Shown: in pieces, positions 11,469 through 22,933 of the stretch | Position numbering within the stretch: position 1 is the stretch's first letter | How the letters are laid out: every line of letters begins with the position of its first letter | From: Octopus bimaculoides | Lineage: Eukaryota | Direction of reading: 5' to 3' | Assembly: GCF_001194135.2 (NCBI RefSeq) | Contig: NC_068984.1 | Location: 76,662,799-76,695,795 of the forward strand | DNA: 32,997 bases | The notes under the pieces: generated by a model | Told to the model about the DNA's origin: nothing | The model's database searches: none | Seen by the model: only the letters and a program-made list of their open reading frames with translations | Program-made: the position numbers and the translations under genes

Positions 11469-11852
11469 TGGAGGCGCAATGGCCCAGTGGTTAGGGCAGC
11501 GGACTCGCGGTCATAGGATCGCGGTTTCGATTCCCGGGCGTTGTGAGTGTTTATTGAGCGAAAACACCTAAAGCTCCACGAGGCTCCGGCAGGGGATGGT
11601 GGTGAACCCTGCTGTACTCATTCACCACAACTTTCTCTCACTCTTTCTTCCTGTTTCTGTTGTACCTGTATTTCAAAGGGTCAGCCTTGTCACACTGTGT
11701 CACGCTGAATATCCTCGAGAACTACGTTAAGGGTACACGTGTCTGTGGAGTGCTCAGGCACTTGCACGTTAATTTCACGAGCAGGCTGTTCCGTTGATCG
11801 CATCGACTGGAACCTTCGACGTCGTAAGCGACGGAGTGCCAACAAACAAACA
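11469..11852 (+). mobile_element. Full-length SINE family A with 15-bp target-site duplication
   Basis: tRNA-like head (tggcccagtggttagg...ggtttcgattccc) and aacaaacaaaca tail; TSD agatgctgcttctta at 11454-11468 and 11853-11867. Confidence 0.93.
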
Positions 11853-12352
11853 AGATGCTGCTTCTTAATTGCTAACATTGGAGCGTGTATATGAAGCTCG
11901 ACTTGCAAAAATGCTGGCCAAAACAGGCCTTGCATCAGACGATGCCTTGATGAAAGGAAAGATGTGTTGGATATCATAAATCTAGATGAGATGATAACTG
12001 TTGCTGTCCTTTGATCATGCGTCAGTACTGACAACGACAAAGGCAACAATGACGACAGCAGCAACAAATGCAATAGCGCCAATCTTATCACCTGATGAAA
12101 ACTTTACAAATGAATGTAACTCGGAGACAAATACTAAAATATCAAAACACCACAGTTGCAAACCATTTGAATTGAACTTCAGAGTAATTTCCAAGTATTT
12201 CACAAGGCTCAATCATGATACAGTTGCATGAGCTATAGTTGGTTGTAGCTGATTAGCTCTTTGTCAGCTCTGAACGAACACGTATTCACTTGTAAGCCTT
12301 TATTAACAATGATACAGTTCTTTATGGTTGATTCCTAAGGGAGACTGAGAGC

Positions 12353-12422
12353 TTTGTAGTGACAGTCGTGTTCCAAAATTGACAGTTGTTCAATTGTGGA
12401 ACACGACTGTCACAACTACAAC
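12353..12422. other. Pre-miRNA-sized near-perfect hairpin (~30-bp stem, 7-nt loop)
   Basis: 12359-12382 pairs with 12390-12413 with one mismatch; the pairing extends through a 3-nt bulge to 12353/12422. Confidence 0.75.
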
Positions 12423-13297
12423 ATAAAACCTGATGATAGCTCTCATACATGAAAGTACTAGTTTTATTACAATAGATATATGATATTCTATTATTATTAT
12501 TTTGAAAAAATTGTAAAATTTTTAAATAATAAAACGTGAAATGAGACTATGTTGGAATTTCGTTGATTAATATCTTCTAAACAGAACCATAAAAACTGTA
12601 TATATNNNNNNNNNNNNNNNNNNNNNNNNNNNNNNNNNNNNNNNNNNNNNNNNNNNNNNNNNNNNNNNNNNNNNNNNNNNNNNNNNNNNNNNNNNNNNNN
12701 NNNNNNNNNNNNNNNNNNNNNNNNNNNNNNNNNNNNNNNNNNNNNNNNNNNNNNNNNNNNNNNNNNNNNNNNNNNNNNNNNNNNNNNNNNNNNNNNNNNN
12801 NNNNNNNNNNNNNNNNNNNNNNNNNNNNNNNNNNNNNNNNNNNNNNNNNNNNNNNNNNNNNNNNNNNNNNNNNNNNNNNNNNNNNNNNNNNNNNNNNNNN
12901 NNNNNNNNNNNNNNNNNNNNNNNNNNNNNNNNNNNNNNNNNNNNNNNNNNNNNNNNNNNNNNNNNNNNNNNNNNNNNNNNNNNNNNNNNNNNNNNNNNNN
13001 NNNNNNNNNNNNNNNNNNNNNNNNNNNNNNNNNNNNNNNNNNNNNNNNNNNNNNNNNNNNNNNNNNNNNNNNNNNNNNNNNNNNNNNNNNNNNNNNNNNN
13101 NNNNNNNNNNNNNNNNNNNNNNNNNNNNNNNNNNNNNNNNNNNNNNNNNNNNNNNNNNNNNNNNNNNNNNNNNNNNNNNNNNNNNNNNNNNNNNNNNNNN
13201 NNNNNNNNNNNNNNNNNNNNNNNNNNNNNNNNNNNNNNNNNNNNNNNNNNNNNNNNNNNNNNNNNNNNNNNNNNNNNNNNNNNNNNNNNNNNNNNNT

Positions 13298-13618
13298 AGG
13301 AAAAGAGAAGAAGAGGCAAGGAGAGAAAGGGAGTGAGTGAAGCAGAGATGGAAACAAAGTAGATGCTTATTATTAAAAATATTTTTTTTCTGCTCCGTCC
13401 GTACGCCTGACACTTGTATATTTATGGGTAACTATGCATAATTGTGAAAGTGTCTGTATACACGTGTAGAAGTATTTGCAGTATATATTCCCATACGTAT
13501 GTAAATATGTATATGTGTAAGGATGTATATTTCTCTGTCTGCGTGTTTATACATGTATATACTTATGTATGTGCTTCACTCACTTCCTTTCTCTCCTCGT
13601 CTCTTCTTCTCTTTTCCT
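13298..13618. repeat. Inverted repeat, 47-bp arms (13298-13344 / 13572-13618)
   Basis: The purine-rich left arm is ~90% identical to the reverse complement of the right arm; the left arm abuts an N-gap. Confidence 0.75.
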
Positions 13619-13655
13619 ATGTGTTTGTTTAATATCACACACACACACACACACA

Positions 13656-13731
<76 letters not shown>

Positions 13732-13736
13732 CACTT

Positions 13737-13772
<36 letters not shown>

Positions 13773-13803
13773 AGGCACATGCACACACACGCACACACAC
13801 ACA

Positions 13804-13966
13804 TAATGAAAGAAGCAAAGAGGAAAATCCAATATACCTGTTACTGTGGGCTCTGTGGTAACCGGCATGGTTGACTGTAGGTCGTATGTAATGAATACCG
13901 TCGTTTGTGAATCAGACACTAAAAAAGGTATAACAATATCATTACGTATAATATTTCACATTATAT
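13804..13966 (+). repeat. Dispersed repeat, homologous to 10279-10397
   Basis: Same blocks as 10279-10397 with a longer middle segment. Confidence 0.8.
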
Positions 13967-14054
13967 GCAATTGGCGAAATCGCTCTAGTTTTCTGGGGTT
14001 TTGTTTTTACGTCAAACCTGAACTCTTTACCGAAATGATATAAAAAAAACTAGA

Positions 14055-14630
14055 GTGCTTTCATCAACAGAAGCTCCGCTCTATTATGAATATCAAATGG
14101 AATGGCAACGTGACTGATGACTCCGTTTTGGAGGGAACGAGAAGCAGCAACAGCAGAATCACGGCCATCATCCTGAAGCATCGTCTGAGATGGGCGGGCC
14201 ACGTAGCAAAAATGAAAGAGACCAGACTGCGTCATCAAATTTTATATAGTGAACTTTCCACTGGAAGAAGACTGCGTGGCCATCCCACCGTCGACACAAG
14301 TATCAGCTGAAGTAAAGCCTAAAACTGACTGGAATCGATCCCAAAGCCTGGGACATTAAAGTTTAGGACAGGCCCGTCTGTCATCATTCCCTCTCCACTG
14401 TGACAGATCATTTTGAAGCTGAACGACAGAGGAAAGAAAAGAAACAAGAAAGAAAATGGAGGCTGAAACAACCAAAGCCGCCACCACGGATCCCTTGTAA
14501 ACTTTGCAATAGACGCTTCCATGGAAAAATCGGCCTCATTAGCCATCAGAGGCATAAACACGGACAGACGGGAAGAAGCCAAATAAATTATCGGACACAC
14601 GATAAAACGCCGCCGCCGCCGATGATGATA
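14055..14630 (+). mobile_element. RTE-clade LINE 3' fragment
   Basis: RLRWAGHVAKMKETRLRHQILYSEL..GRR..G motif followed by a terminal C2H2 finger (CKLCNRRFHGKIGLISHQRHKH); frameshifted. Confidence 0.85.
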
Positions 14631-14724
14631 TGCAGTCATTACTATATGTATTATAAAGCATATTACTCTACCACCGGTATTTGAGTACTTTTTTTCCCAT
14701 CTTGTTTCACATTTATGTGCTTAC

Positions 14725-14787
14725 TCTGGTGTATTATAAAGTATGAAGTTATTTCTTCCATGTTCACCACTGCAGTTCTAAACGGAA
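14725..14787 (-). CDS. Candidate cassette exon F (63 nt, phase 1-1): (I)PFRTAVVNMEEITSYFIIHQ
   Basis: Donor AGA|GTAAGC. The CAG acceptor follows ~60 nt with no other AG, including a pyrimidine tract. The exon is frame-preserving, and a second in-frame CAG acceptor would start it at 14769. Confidence 0.55.
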
Positions 14788-14804
14788 CTGCAGTGGTGAG
14801 CATG
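14759..14804. other. 20-bp hairpin (6-nt loop) spanning the exon F 3' splice site
   Basis: catgttcaccactgcagttc / gaactgcagtggtgagcatg; 19 of 20 positions are Watson-Crick pairs. Confidence 0.9.
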
Positions 14805-15329
14805 TCAGATTTAAGCGTCGTTCAACAAGCAAAAAGAAAATTGATAAATTTTTATTGATAAAAGTAAACATATGATGAGAACCTTTCTTGCAATGGCCGT
14901 ACGTTGTTTTCAGGTTTATTTAGGACGATTGCCTAATATATTTCTCCTACTAAAGTCAACATAAATACATTCGTACGTATCCTTTAAATTCGTCTACAGG
15001 AAACGTTTTTGATTATGCACATAAAAGCACCCAATCTATTATGCCGGCTACAACTTAATGATACCAACTGGCGCTACATCTGGTACTAAAGTTCATTGGT
15101 TTGACCTTAGTTAAACCAACAAACTATACTACCCATCCTGACATCTGCATACTCAAATGTCAAAATATGTCTAACATCACCACACACACCACCCTCTCCT
15201 TTATGACTACCATTCCTTTCTCTCTTTCCATCACCGTTCATTCCCCTCCACCAAATACACACAGAACTTCCCACATACCTCAATCATCCTTTTTAGTATC
15301 AGTTGCCCACAGCCAGCAGACGAAGGTGA

Positions 15330-15960
15330 CACTTGTTTACTGATCATGCTTCAAGAACCCTGCGAAGAATTCTTGCAGTTCCAAGCAATGCTGGTTTTTC
15401 TAGGTGTTCCACCTTCACATTTGTACCAATCTTTTTTATTCATGCTGGTAGTTGAGTGCTGATACTTCCAAGTGCCCACATTACTATAGGTAACACGTCT
15501 ACTTTCCTCATTTAACCCCCAACATTCGTATTTCCCACATCAAATCGTCATAGTTATTCAGTTTTACTTCTTTCTATTTGATCCTGCTGTCACCGGGATA
15601 TGCTATGTCGATTATCATGCCTGTTCCTTCTTTTTATTCACCACAACAATATCTGGTCAGGTGATCGCATTGAATCATTGCAGCCCACAGGATTTTGCAG
15701 CTCTCATTCTCAGTGACTCCTTCTGGAGTTTGCTCATACCACGTCTTTGCTCTTTGTAGGCCGTGATTTCTACAGAGCTCTCAATGAATCATTTTTTGCC
15801 ACGTTGTCATGTCGTCTGTTGTATTTGCGTTTTGTCAATTTCGGGCATTCGCTAACGATGTGCCATACTGTTTCACTCCTCTCACCACACATTCTGCATT
15901 TGTCGCTGTCGGCAGTTTTGTCGATTTTTATTTTATTGACTATTTTTGAATTATAATGCA
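15330..15960 (-). mobile_element. RLE-type LINE 3' fragment
   Basis: CRMCGERSETVWHIVSECPKL..YNRRHDNVAK (CCHC knuckle plus RH motif); the 3' end is shared with 25555-25730. Confidence 0.85.
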
Positions 15961-16009
15961 TCATATATGAAATGATTAAATTATATTTAAAAAAAAAAAG
16001 GGTTAAGAC

Positions 16010-16315
16010 ACCCTTCGGTCATGAATGACAATGGGATTGCACCTAGAAAGTTACCCTCCGAGGCACAGGGCTGGGCAAGGGTTTATAGAAGACCAGCAGT
16101 CACCCATGCATACCAGTCTCCCCTCTCTACGCCATTGACGTTATCCAAGGGAAAGGCAAAGGCCGACATATTAACAACTTGGCACCAGTGACGTCGCAAC
16201 TCATTTCTACACATGAGTGAACTGGAGCAACGTGAAATAAAGTGACATGCTCAAGAACATAACACATAATCCGGTCCGAGAATCGAACTCACTACCTTAC
16301 GACTGTAAGCCTATT
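16010..16315 (-). mobile_element. SINE (family D-like head and core with a different tail)
   Basis: The reverse strand reads gagttcgattctcggaccgga..gtgttatgttcttgagcatg..tttatttcacgttgctccagttcactca, matching 18860-18950. Confidence 0.75.
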
Positions 16316-16424
16316 TACTTTATTATGCTTTGTTATGCCCGTGATGTCACGGCCCGTCAAAAAATGGCTCGCATGAAACCGGTCTGTAAGCAAAAAATGT
16401 TTGGAGGCTTTATTAAAGTATTTC

Positions 16425-16992
<568 letters not shown>

Positions 16993-17058
16993 AGTATTTC
17001 TAATAAAACGAAGTACACTGACACAAAGCGTTAGACAATATACTGTGGTATTCATTGC

Positions 17059-18226
17059 GGATCTTTTCCTTTTGACCGGCACATAGAAAAAAAAAAATTT
17101 CTAACTAAACACTTTCAAATTTCGTATACTGGTAGAATGTGTCATTTAAAACATCATTTACTCTTGGCGTTTTTAAGAAAATTCTTTATTTGCGAAGTTA
17201 TTTCGTGTTAAAGTTGTATTTCGGTAATTTCAACCAATCAATGACGTCTATGGAGGTGAAAACAATTACTGCTGTGGTTTGTCAACAAGACGTTCTGGCG
17301 GTGTAAATTTACTTTGTCACTGTTATTTCAGATATATTTACATTTGAGGTACACGTGTATATAGCTTAATCATTCAGTTATTAGTTATTAAAAAAAAAAT
17401 TTAAGTTTATTTTCTGGAAGTATTTTCGTTTTGTTTTAGCGTTTTCGAAATTGCCTATTTTGGGATCTTTTCCCTTGAATAAAATTACTGCCGTTGTTAG
17501 TCAACAACAACTATCGTTTGTCACTGTTATTTATGACATCGTTCGTGCGTTTGTACTGGTTTTAGCATTAGGGTTTTAGGATTAGAGTTAAGGTTCGGGT
17601 TTTAGAGTTAAGGTCAGGGATAGGGTTTTAGAGTTAGGGTTAGGTTTAGGGTTAAGGTTTTAGGGTTATGGTTTTAAAGTTATGGTTATGGTTAGGGTTT
17701 TAGGATTAGGGTTAGGGTTTTAGGGTTAGGGTTGGGGTTTTAGGGTTAGGGTTACGGAAAAATGTGAAAAATGAAGAAATTGGAGGGAGAGGGGGCAAAC
17801 ATGAATTTCTGAAAATAGTAACTGAAAAAAACCCCTAACCTAACTCTAAAACCCTAACCCCGACCCTAAAACCCGAACCCTAACTCTAAAACCGGAACCG
17901 GAACCCTAAAACCCTAAAGCTAAAACCAGTACAAACGCACGAACGATGTCATAAATAACAGTGACAAAGTAAATTTACACCGCCAGAACGTCTTGTTGAC
18001 AAACCACAGCAGTAATTGTTTTCACCTCAATAGACGTCATTGATTGGTTGAAATTACCGAAATACGATAACTTTAACACGAAATAACTTCGAAAATAAAG
18101 GATTTTCTTAAAAACGCCAAGAGTAAATGATATTTTAAATGACACATTCTACCAGTATACGAAATTTGAAAGTGCTTAGTTACAAAAAAATATCTTTTCT
18201 ATGTGCCGGCCAAAAGGAAAAGATCC
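17059..18226. mobile_element. Non-autonomous fold-back DNA transposon 2 (~270-bp outer arms, internal head-to-head TTAGGG-like arrays, 8-bp TSD)
   Basis: Termini GGATCTTTTCC/GGAAAAGATCC; TSD ttcattgc (17051-58) / ttcattac (18227-34). Arms 17059-17328 and 17953-18226. G-rich array ~17569-17754, C-rich array ~17833-17920. Confidence 0.88.
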
Positions 18227-18568
18227 TTCATTACATTTCTTTACGTTCAGACTTCAATTTCTACCAAGGCTAGTATACTTTTCATCCTTCCGAAAACAAT
18301 AAAATATATTAACAGTCAATAAATTAAGTGCAGAATATCAATATAGATAAAATAAGATATATATTTGAAGACGGTACTACAGTTATTCATAACCTTTAAA
18401 TCGGATCAACAAGGAAATGAAGCTCTGATTTGGCAGCCCTATGACCAAAACACTCTAGTAGTGAGCATTCCTGCTTAAACTTTTTCTTTTATAGTCGCAG
18501 ACATGGCTTTTGATTTAAGTCTGCTCCACCTAAACGAACCTCTATTTAAGAAATTATATGCGTCTTAC

Positions 18569-18703
18569 TTGGAACAGTGAAATTGAACTTCCAAGCCCTT
18601 TCACTTGATGATATCCCTTGATACTGGACACTTAACCGGATTTCACGAGTTCCTTGAACCTCTTTCATGACGTACATCTTCCCATCTCTTAGCTGAAAAG
18701 CAT
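18569..18703 (-). CDS. Exon E (135 nt, phase 1-1): DAFQLRDGKMYVMKEVQGTREIRLSVQYQGISSSERAWKFNFTVP
   Basis: Acceptor ctttttgtattgCAG, donor CAA|GTAAGA. With exon D it gives a cadherin-repeat-like pattern (Y-x-V..F-x-L..G-x-M-x-V..L-x-V...G) lacking the Ca-binding DxD motifs. Confidence 0.88.
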
Positions 18704-18816
18704 CTGCAATACAAAAAGTAAGTATACAACATGTAAGAAAAAAGAGAGGTGTATATAATTTTTGCACATGTAAACAGATTTTAAGACATGAATAAACTGC
18801 TTCTATCCGGCGAAGG

Positions 18817-19055
18817 TGGAGGCGCGTGGCTTAGTGATTAGGATGTTAGACTCATGATCGTAAGATTGTGGTTTCGATTCCTGGACCGGGTGACGCGTTG
18901 TGTTCTTGAGAAAAACTGTTCATTTCACGTTGCTCCAGTCCACTCAGCTGGCAAAAATGAGTAATCCTACGACAGACTGGCGTCCTGCTCAGGTGGAGAA
19001 TATATACGCCAGTGGAACCGCGAAACCGGTCCTCATGAACCTGGCTTGGCTCTAG
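18817..19055 (+). mobile_element. tRNA-derived SINE family D
   Basis: A/B-box-like head (tggcttagtgattagg...ggtttcgattcc) and core gttgtgttcttgagaaaaactgttcatttcacgttgctccagtccactcagctg. Confidence 0.85.
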
Positions 19056-19503
19056 AAGAAAAAATTTTGTTTTTATCCAGCGGTTATAATAGAAACAGAA
19101 ACCAAATCTCCCTCAAATCACACCCTAATGTTTTAAAGAAAATGCAGTTCTAAAAACAAAACAGAAAATAAAAACCCTGATAGTTGCCTGTTGGAACGTT
19201 TTTGACTATACGCCTGTTGAATCAGCACTGACCTGTGGGTTAATTGGCGATAACTAATCTGTGCGCGTGCACGAACACATTAATTTATACAGTCAAGAAA
19301 CAATTGTTGCCGTTGCGTAATCGTAGTTATCATAATTATCTGTGGTCACTAATGACTTATAAATAAATATATATATATAAAACAAACATACATACTTTGT
19401 TGGATGAATATACACATGCGTGAATACACTGGCATACACAGAGACATACGCTCAGTGACACAAATATTGAAACGTACATACACAAAAAATATGCATACAC
19501 TTC

Positions 19504-19544
<41 letters not shown>

Positions 19545-20646
19545 ATAATTAAGGGATCAGCTTTTTTAGCTGCTATTTCTGAACTTCGGNNNNNNNNNNN
19601 NNNNNNNNNNNNNNNNNNNNNNNNNNNNNNNNNNNNNNNNNNNNNNNNNNNNNNNNNNNNNNNNNNNNNNNNNNNNNNNNNNNNNNNNNNNNNNNNNNNN
19701 NNNNNNNNNNNNNNNNNNNNNNNNNNNNNNNNNNNNNNNNNNNNNNNNNNNNNNNNNNNNNNNNNNNNNNNNNNNNNNNNNNNNNNNNNNNNNNNNNNNN
19801 NNNNNNNNNNNNNNNNNNNNNNNNNNNNNNNNNNNNNNNNNNNNNNNNNNNNNNNNNNNNNNNNNNNNNNNNNNNNNNNNNNNNNNNNNNNNNNNNNNTA
19901 TATATATATACTAAACTACCCGTGACTCATTGGGTCTGAAACTTGTCTTTGGATGCTGGCTTTGCTGGGTGGAGGTACTTATCTCCCCTGTCTGAAAACT
20001 TAAGGACACAGAACGCTTGTGTCACGTAGCCAATTGGGAACGATGTTTCCTGGGGCTAAATAGCAGATGCATTCTTCCCTTTCCTGGGACTTCCACATTA
20101 AGTTGGCAGCAAACCGTCAATTCATAGTATTCTTCCATTTTGCGCCAGTTTGGCTGGGTAACATTTGGCAAGCAAGCAAGATTCAAACTGACTTTTAATG
20201 TATATATATGTATATATATATATATATAATGTATATATAGTAAAGCGAGTTGCCACATGAAAGTGGTAGGTGAATGTTACTACTACTTTAACTCGAGGCA
20301 GATTCTCTGCCAGCCGGTTTTTGATGCAACGTTCTGCATCCTTTATATATACAATACATCGCTAGCAGTGGGGAGCGAACACCGACTAACACTCCACGAG
20401 CTAACAGGATGGTGGTACTAGCCCAGTTTTGAGCTAGTTGGCTGTTCGTCAGCCACGCACACATACGCAATAGAGTGGTAGCTAAGATCTGCTTCTGCCA
20501 GCCATATATTGCAAACAAAGTGGTCATCGGTCACTGATTGGCAACAAGCAGAGTAGCTAGTTATAAAATCTCAAGACGAAATCAGTGACACAAAGATCAC
20601 ACACATACAAATATAAAAATTTATACCGCACACACACATACATACG

Positions 20647-20677
<31 letters not shown>

Positions 20678-20959
20678 ACACACACACATACACACACACA
20701 CACACACGCACGCACGCACACACACACACACACACACGCGCACACACACACACAAACACACACACACAGTTACCACCACCCGCATACACACACGAACACA
20801 CACGAACACACACACACAGTTACCACCACCCGCATACACACATAGGCACTTAGTTACTGCCACACATACATGCTATTATATACACACATACCCACACATA
20901 CACACAGATACCTCCTTCTCTTAGAAAGAACTTTTTCTTCATCCGTTCCCTTCTGGTCA

Positions 20960-21650
20960 TTTCAAAATGTAACTATATGTGGATTGTTGGCAGGAGATCT
21001 CCAATCTTCAGGAGATCTCCAATCTTCAGATTGCTACTAAATACCTAATCAACAAAAGAGACAATGAAGACATTGGAGCTCCAAAATGCAGCCGTAAATT
21101 CAGATTTTGTTATATTTCTGTGGAAGACATCACACATGTGATTAGCAGCTACTCAAAAATGTCATTAAGGTACTACTTCCCTATGCAACATGACGTTGTC
21201 GCAAAAACAATATATAATGCTATTCGGGAAAAAAAGACTGTCCTGGAATAAATATAGAGAATCCGCCCCTCCCCTGTTATTGAATACACACACAAATATC
21301 AGCACAAAGAATACTGGTGAACAGTCCCATCAAAACATCTTTCAAGCAAAGACACCGTATATTGTTGTTTGGGATAGGCAAGAAAAGGTATGTTCCGTCA
21401 CAGAGATCAGCTGTCCTGCTGATGTGAATATCTCTTTCAAAATCAAAGAGAAAGAAGATAACTATGGAAAACTGTTCGAAGCCTCCAGGTTCTATATCTG
21501 GATTACAAATTTACATTTATACCAACAATAATTGGAGCACTTACTTTTGTAAGTAAATGACTAACAGTCAGTCTGGATAAGCTTGGATTTTCAGTCGATT
21601 CGCACATTACAAATACAGTCTATAAGCGGATCAGTAAAACTATGCAAGAC
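20960..21650 (+). mobile_element. RLE-type LINE 3' fragment (knuckle and endonuclease region), frameshifted
   Basis: HVISS..KM...Y..QHDVVAKTIY; PYIVVWDRQEK.C...EISCPAD.NI..KIKEKEDNY; IIGAL. Includes an 18-bp tandem duplication near 20996-21030. Confidence 0.8.
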
Positions 21651-21732
21651 TTTTCTCAGGTTTAAAATGTAAAATTGTTTTCCTTTATCTACACTTCGAA
21701 GATGGAACTTGGTATCTTTGTTAGAAACCAGT

Positions 21733-21987
21733 TTAACGTAGATATCGGGGAGATTCAGCGTGATACAAAGTGTGTCAAGGCTGGCCCTTTGAAATACAGG
21801 TACAAAAGCAACAGGAAGAAAGAGTGAGATAAAGTTGTGGTGAAAGAGTACAGCAAGGTTCGCCACCATCCCCTGCCGGAGCCTCGTGGAGCTTTAGGTG
21901 TTTTCGCTCAATAAACACTCACAACGTCTAGTCTGGGAATCAAAACCGCGAGTCCGCTACCCTAAATACTGGGCCATTGCGCCTCCA
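21733..21987 (-). mobile_element. SINE family A, 5' two-thirds
   Basis: The reverse complement matches 11469-11730, including the head tggaggcgcaatggcccagt. Confidence 0.9.
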
Positions 21988-22029
21988 TGGGTCAACTAAT
22001 ACTTCAAGTGTGAATGAATGCTGACTCTA

Positions 22030-22206
22030 CGGGATGTCCCAAAAGTAAGGCAACCAACTTTTTTCAATTTTGTCAAGGCAACATTTTGTTATATTTCGGA
22101 TCAGAGCATTGCAATGCAATGGTAAAACAAACACAGTTATGACACTACCACTTCTGTTTCGAACCACAGCCTTAAGTCGAGGTGCGAATGCTTCGCACGC
22201 GACACG
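22030..22206 (-). mobile_element. 3' end of a Tc1/mariner-superfamily element (remainder in gap)
   Basis: TA at 22028-29 followed by TIR-like cgggatgtcccaaaagtaaggcaacc; the minus-strand peptide RVACEAFAPRLKAVVRN resembles a transposase C-terminus. Confidence 0.55.
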
Positions 22207-22875
22207 NNNNNNNNNNNNNNNNNNNNNNNNNNNNNNNNNNNNNNNNNNNNNNNNNNNNNNNNNNNNNNNNNNNNNNNNNNNNNNNNNNNNNNNNNNNNNN
22301 NNNNNNNNNNNNNNNNNNNNNNNNNNNNNNNNNNNNNNNNNNNNNNNNNNNNNNNNNNNNNNNNNNNNNNNNNNNNNNNNNNNNNNNNNNNNNNNNNNNN
22401 NNNNNNNNNNNNNNNNNNNNNNNNNNNNNNNNNNNNNNNNNNNNNNNNNNNNNNNNNNNNNNNNNNNNNNNNNNNNNNNNNNNNNNNNNNNNNNNNNNNN
22501 NNNNNNNNNNNNNNNNNNNNNNNNNNNNNNNNNNNNNNNNNNNNNNNNNNNNNNNNNNNNNNNNNNNNNNNNNNNNNNNNNNNNNNNNNNNNNNNNNNNN
22601 NNNNNNNNNNNNNNNNNNNNNNNNNNNNNNNNNNNNNNNNNNNNNNNNNNNNNNNNNNNNNNNNNNNNNNNNNNNNNNNNNNNNNNNNNNNNNNNNNNNN
22701 NNNNNNNNNNNNNNNNNNNNNNNNNNNNNNNNNNNNNNNNNNNNNNNNNNNNNNNNNNNNNNNNNNNNNNNNNNNNNNNNNNNNNNNNNNNNNNNNNNNN
22801 NNNNNNNNNNNNNNNNNNNNNNNNNNNNNNNNNNNNNNNNNNNNNNNNNNNNNNNNNNNNNNNNNNNNNNNNNNN

Positions 22876-22927
<52 letters not shown>

Positions 22928-22933
22928 TGTGTG

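Noticed and set aside
11469-11540. tRNA-like sequences at SINE heads (also 18817, 21987, 22934, 26619, 32006)
   Set aside because: They have A/B-box-like motifs but no complete cloverleaf and continue into SINE bodies; they are not tRNA genes.
11690-12212. Signal-peptide-like (VIRLALLHLLLL) and TM-like (IGAIAFVAAVVIV) frames after an AG at ~12092
   Set aside because: The hydrophobicity comes from a degenerate GTT/GCT/GTC triplet tract. There is no good donor, one frame stops quickly and the other runs into a SINE.
17569-17920. Ancestral telomere-telomere chromosome fusion site
   Set aside because: The arrays are enclosed by long TIRs with an 8-bp TSD inside an intron, which points to a transposon insertion.
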